Source: Candidatus Poribacteria bacterium (lineage in GTDB: Bacteria > Poribacteria > WGA-4E > UBA9662). From it: a DNA stretch of 64,000 bases. Below are positions 60,253 to 64,000 of the stretch, in pieces. The notes under the pieces are model-generated. The model was given only the letters and a program-made list of their open reading frames with translations, ran no database searches and was not told the DNA's origin. The stretch spans positions 32,001 through 96,000 of the forward strand of contig JAYZAL010000036.1 in NCBI GenBank assembly GCA_036339735.1, in the 5' to 3' direction. Positions within the stretch are counted from its first letter, which is position 1, and each line of letters opens with the position of its first letter. Position numbers and translations under genes: made by a program.

Positions 60253-61857
60253 ATGTTCATGCTACACTCAGACAAAGCCGCAGGTAAAAATTACCCCGTG
60301 TCGGAAAGATTAAGAGCGAAATTAGTAACAATCCGAAAGGATCAATCAATCTTCATCGGCTTGATTTGTCTACACTTACTGCCAATTTGGCTTTTCCCTT
60401 TTTTCCCTACCCAAGATGGTATAAGCCACGTGTACAATGCTCATGTCCTGTGTGAGTATCGAAATCCAACCTACCATTTTCAAGACTTTTATGACATCAA
60501 CTGGAGCTTTTTTCCGAATTGGTTATCTCATTTTGGGCTAGCTATCCTAATGCGTCTATTTTCTCCACTTCTAGCTGAAAAATTTTTTTTATCCGCTTAT
60601 GTAATTCTTTTCCCGTGTGCTATATCCTATTTTATCAATAGCTTTAACACTGAAAAGCTAGGCTTATCTACATGGCTTTCTTTTTTTTTCATCTACAATT
60701 ATCTTTTTTTGATGGGATTTTACAACTATGCGGTTGGTGTATCACTGTTCTTTTTAATTCTCGGTTTTTGGTGGCGGTGTAAAGAAAAACTTGGTTTGAA
60801 TCGTATATTAATTCTGAATTTATTATTTCTTATCACGTATTTTTCACATTTAGTTCCATATGTTTTTGCCCTTGGTTCTATTGGGTTATTGTCTTTACTA
60901 GCTCTATGTCAAAAACCAAGACTGTTACTTCGCAATTTTTTAGCCCTATTACTGCCTACATCATTATTGTTGTATTATTTGCCGACCTCCGACCTTTTTA
61001 GGACTTCATCTCCAAAAATTAGTTTCGATCGAGTCGGTATATTACTGAGCGATTTTTTAAATCTGCGTATTTTAGTAGCTTTTGATAATCAACAAGAAAT
61101 AATTGCCAAGATGGTGATGGCCATTTTGGTCTTTTATGTACTTTACAGTTTTTGGCAGGAATCGAAACAAATAATACACAAGGGGCAATGGCTATCAACA
61201 CCGTCCTTACTGGTGCTGATCTTATTTTTTTCTCTTTTCTTTCAATACTTGGTTTATCCTAACTCGGTCGGGCCAGGTGGATGGTTAAATGACCGAATTG
61301 CTATTTTATCTGTTATTGTGTTACTAGCTGTTTTAGCCCCAATTGAACAAAAATGGATAAAGCAGGTGTTTGGCTTCATTGTACTAATCACAGTTATCCT
61401 AAACTTGATTAATATATCTGTTTCTTGCTATCGGCTGAATGAGGAAATAAGAGAATTCAATGCGTTGAGAGACAAAATCGGGGAAAACAAAGTTCTGTTG
61501 CCTCTGTTCTTTGATTCAAATGGATCGGCCAAACGCATCGGAATATTTGTTAATGGAGCTAGCTATTACTGTTTGTCCAATGGCGGTATCAATCTGGGCA
61601 ATTACGAAGTGCAGTTTGACTACTTTCCTATCAATTTTAAGAGTAGTTTCCTGCCTCCCGTCAACGATAAAGAATGGGTTCAAGCTGTTCATTGGGAGAA
61701 GGATCGTATTGATCTATGTGGTTACGTTCAGAATGTAAACTACGTTTTAACATGGGGTAATCCCGACCCAAATACTGCTCAAGCCTTGAGTGATTGTTAC
61801 AAGTTAATTCACGATCGTGGAAGATTAAAATTATATCGCGGGCAAAGGAGCCAATAG
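60253..61857 (+). CDS. Multi-pass membrane protein, possibly GT-C fold glycosyltransferase-like
   Basis: PTQDG.SH acidic motif after the first TM helix, MGFYNY, about 11 hydrophobic segments, soluble C-tail. Confidence 0.5.
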   Translation: MFMLHSDKAAGKNYPVSERLRAKLVTIRKDQSIFIGLICLHLLPIWLFPFFPTQDGISHVYNAHVLCEYRNPTYHFQDFYDINWSFFPNWLSHFGLAILMRLFSPLLAEKFFLSAYVILFPCAISYFINSFNTEKLGLSTWLSFFFIYNYLFLMGFYNYAVGVSLFFLILGFWWRCKEKLGLNRILILNLLFLITYFSHLVPYVFALGSIGLLSLLALCQKPRLLLRNFLALLLPTSLLLYYLPTSDLFRTSSPKISFDRVGILLSDFLNLRILVAFDNQQEIIAKMVMAILVFYVLYSFWQESKQIIHKGQWLSTPSLLVLILFFSLFFQYLVYPNSVGPGGWLNDRIAILSVIVLLAVLAPIEQKWIKQVFGFIVLITVILNLINISVSCYRLNEEIREFNALRDKIGENKVLLPLFFDSNGSAKRIGIFVNGASYYCLSNGGINLGNYEVQFDYFPINFKSSFLPPVNDKEWVQAVHWEKDRIDLCGYVQNVNYVLTWGNPDPNTAQALSDCYKLIHDRGRLKLYRGQRSQ

Positions 61858-63285
61858 ATGTTTTTACACGTCTGTTTAAGCCAACCTTCATGTTTATTTC
61901 ATAAATTCTAGGGATACATTGATTTATGTCTCCCGTTGAGTTGGTGGAACTATTGAAGCAGAATAATCTAGATCCTCATGGTTTAGGGTTAACCCAACTG
62001 TATTCCCAAATTTGTAATCAAATACTGTTTCACACCATTCCGAAAAACCCACTAGACCTATGAAATTAAGATTAAAGTCTACTCAAAGCGAAAGCAACGA
62101 CGTCAAATCTTTACTCCAGACTAACCTGACAAATCGACAATAATTTTGCTCCCTGAATTCCCTACCCTTTTCTGGTGAAAACAGCCCGTTTGTAACAAGG
62201 AACACGGAACGCCAAAAACTACATAATCATATCGACTATGGGTACAGTAATTGAAAAATGGCTTTAGTAACAGTTAGAAAGTCATCTTCAGCGAGTAACA
62301 TAAAGAAGCAAAACGAGACATCATAATACTCCAAGAAAATCCGTTTTCAATAATCTAATCTATGAAAAATAAACTCAACCTACCATACCCAAACTCACCT
62401 GAGAGACTAAAATTCAGCAAACTAGATTTCGAATTCGATTCATTAACTACATTGAAGTCATTTGACCACCATAATCTTAGCATGTCTTACAAATGAAACG
62501 TTTCGCTGATTAAAATCACATGTTCAACTTAGATCTTTTATTTTTTCGAATGTATAGTGAGTTAGATATTCTTTCCAATATTGTCAGAATTATGGATAAA
62601 AAAACTCTTGTATTGAAAAGGGTTTACAAGTTTATACAAATGAATCAATAAACCAGGTGTTATAATTCAGGTAATCTAGAAACTGATTCATCTGAACACA
62701 CAATTGAAAAATTCTTTGGCTCTTCTATTTTATAGTGCTAAATGGGGTAAAATGAAGTTTCTGAACCTATTAGGAAGTGATTTTTCTTACTATTAAACAC
62801 TAGCATCCTGCTACTAGAACGTCAGTTGATTTGGATCAACAAAGTAATTCAGCCTAAATGGGTTACCCAGTTTTTGTTTGCCACCAAGTTTAAATGCTAA
62901 CTTCAAGAAAGTATGGCAAGAGACCTTTTTTATTTAATAACGACAGCCACGTTCGGAGAAAAAGTGATTGCCAGCGAAAAACTCAGCAGTAATCAAGAGG
63001 TAGTTCGCTCTCGTAATTCTGTGAAGAGAAATTTAAGCTGGGGGTTCGGCAAAATTAGGTTCATAGAATCACCATATTTTTTACGTTAAACAGAATTCAG
63101 GTTAAGCCTACTATAGCGTACTCAATAGCAGAATTATTTCTCATTACTAATCATTATATCAATGGTATTAGTATAGCTGAAACACGAATCCGGTTACAGT
63201 TTGTAATTCAAGAAAGACCTACGGTTACCGCACATGTTTTTTGGATAACTAAACCAAAACTATACAACGATAGGATGAAAAATTG

Positions 63286-64000
63286 ATGAGAAAAAAGATT
63301 ATATATTTATTACTAGCTTTTTCAGTCAGCCACGTTTTATGGGCGGACAAAAAAAATGTTATTATTAGGACAATTAAGGTTGACCCAAAACAGGTTGCAA
63401 AAATGGTAGATAAACCGAAAGAAGATTGGTTGTCGCTGAGTTTAATGGGGTCCAAGGTTGGGTACGCACACATCTATACTGAACCAACAACTTATCAGGA
63501 TCAACCCGCCATCAAAATTCGTACACATACAATCATCCAAATTCAACGGACGGGAACAGGTTTGCGTCTAGAAACCATTCGTACTTGTTACGTTGGGTTA
63601 GATTTGGTTCCTTTATATTTTTTGTCTTTATCAAATGAAACAGGACAAGAAAAACGTGTTGAAGGGACCATCGAAAACGGCGAGATTGTTTTGAAAACGA
63701 CCTTAGCTGGTATAACAACAGATAGTAGGAGAATACTATCTCCAGATACAATCTTTGATTCAGTCATAGGTTACTTTGCTCTTTACCGTGGACTACAAGT
63801 TGGGGATATCTATGACCTCGATGTTTTTAGCATGGACTTAATGCAACAAGTCAAAACCCACATACAAGTGTTACAAGAAGACCTAGTCGATCATAAACCA
63901 GTCTTTGTTATTGAATACAGAATGGATATCATGGGGGGAATTACGACTAGGGAATGGGTGGGGGCAGATGGGGTAACTCACCGTATGGAATCTGGGCTGA
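63286..64000 (+). CDS. Exported protein, 3'-truncated; N-region resembles transglutaminase-domain proteins
   Basis: Absent from the ORF track (no stop in window): MRKKIIYLLLAFSVSHVLWA signal peptide, EDWLSL.LMGSKVGY, ..EWVGADG; frame open to the window end. Confidence 0.6.
   Translation, partial: MRKKIIYLLLAFSVSHVLWADKKNVIIRTIKVDPKQVAKMVDKPKEDWLSLSLMGSKVGYAHIYTEPTTYQDQPAIKIRTHTIIQIQRTGTGLRLETIRTCYVGLDLVPLYFLSLSNETGQEKRVEGTIENGEIVLKTTLAGITTDSRRILSPDTIFDSVIGYFALYRGLQVGDIYDLDVFSMDLMQQVKTHIQVLQEDLVDHKPVFVIEYRMDIMGGITTREWVGADGVTHRMESGL

Noticed and set aside
1-64000. CRISPR arrays, transposases, integrases, prophage or defence genes, rRNA/tRNA
   Set aside because: No regularly spaced repeats or diagnostic motifs seen by eye; short RNA genes could still be missed without covariance searches

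Overview
Bacterial chromosomal window of roughly 40% GC, densely coding. Gene content is consistent with Candidatus Poribacteria (three PhyH dioxygenases, cohesin/cadherin surface protein, many Zn-dehydrogenases, atypical acetate kinase); this assignment is inference, not shown. The core is the conserved rimP-nusA-ylxR-infB-ylxP-rbfA-nrnA-truB-ribF-rpsO-pnp cluster, with a visible rimP leader terminator. Other housekeeping genes are folK, nfuA, ackA, clpB, trkA/trkH, degP, murF, a ferredoxin and an M16 peptidase, plus a sugar-phosphate epimerase/dehydrogenase cluster. I found no rRNA, tRNA, CRISPR array or mobile element. Most notable observations: (1) a cold-shock-domain protein (42182-43018) fused to one clear and possibly a second Hfq/Sm-like domain; (2) a 1655-aa cohesin/cadherin/SH3 surface protein ending in a T9SS type-B-like sorting domain, directly followed by a PorV/PorP-like barrel gene; (3) an acetate kinase with substituted catalytic residues; (4) a TrkH with a 14-aa tandem-repeat insertion; (5) a paralogous NTF2-domain gene pair sharing a YKDVPxY C-terminus behind a structured 680-bp intergenic region. 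All family calls come from motif recognition by eye; no database searches were run.
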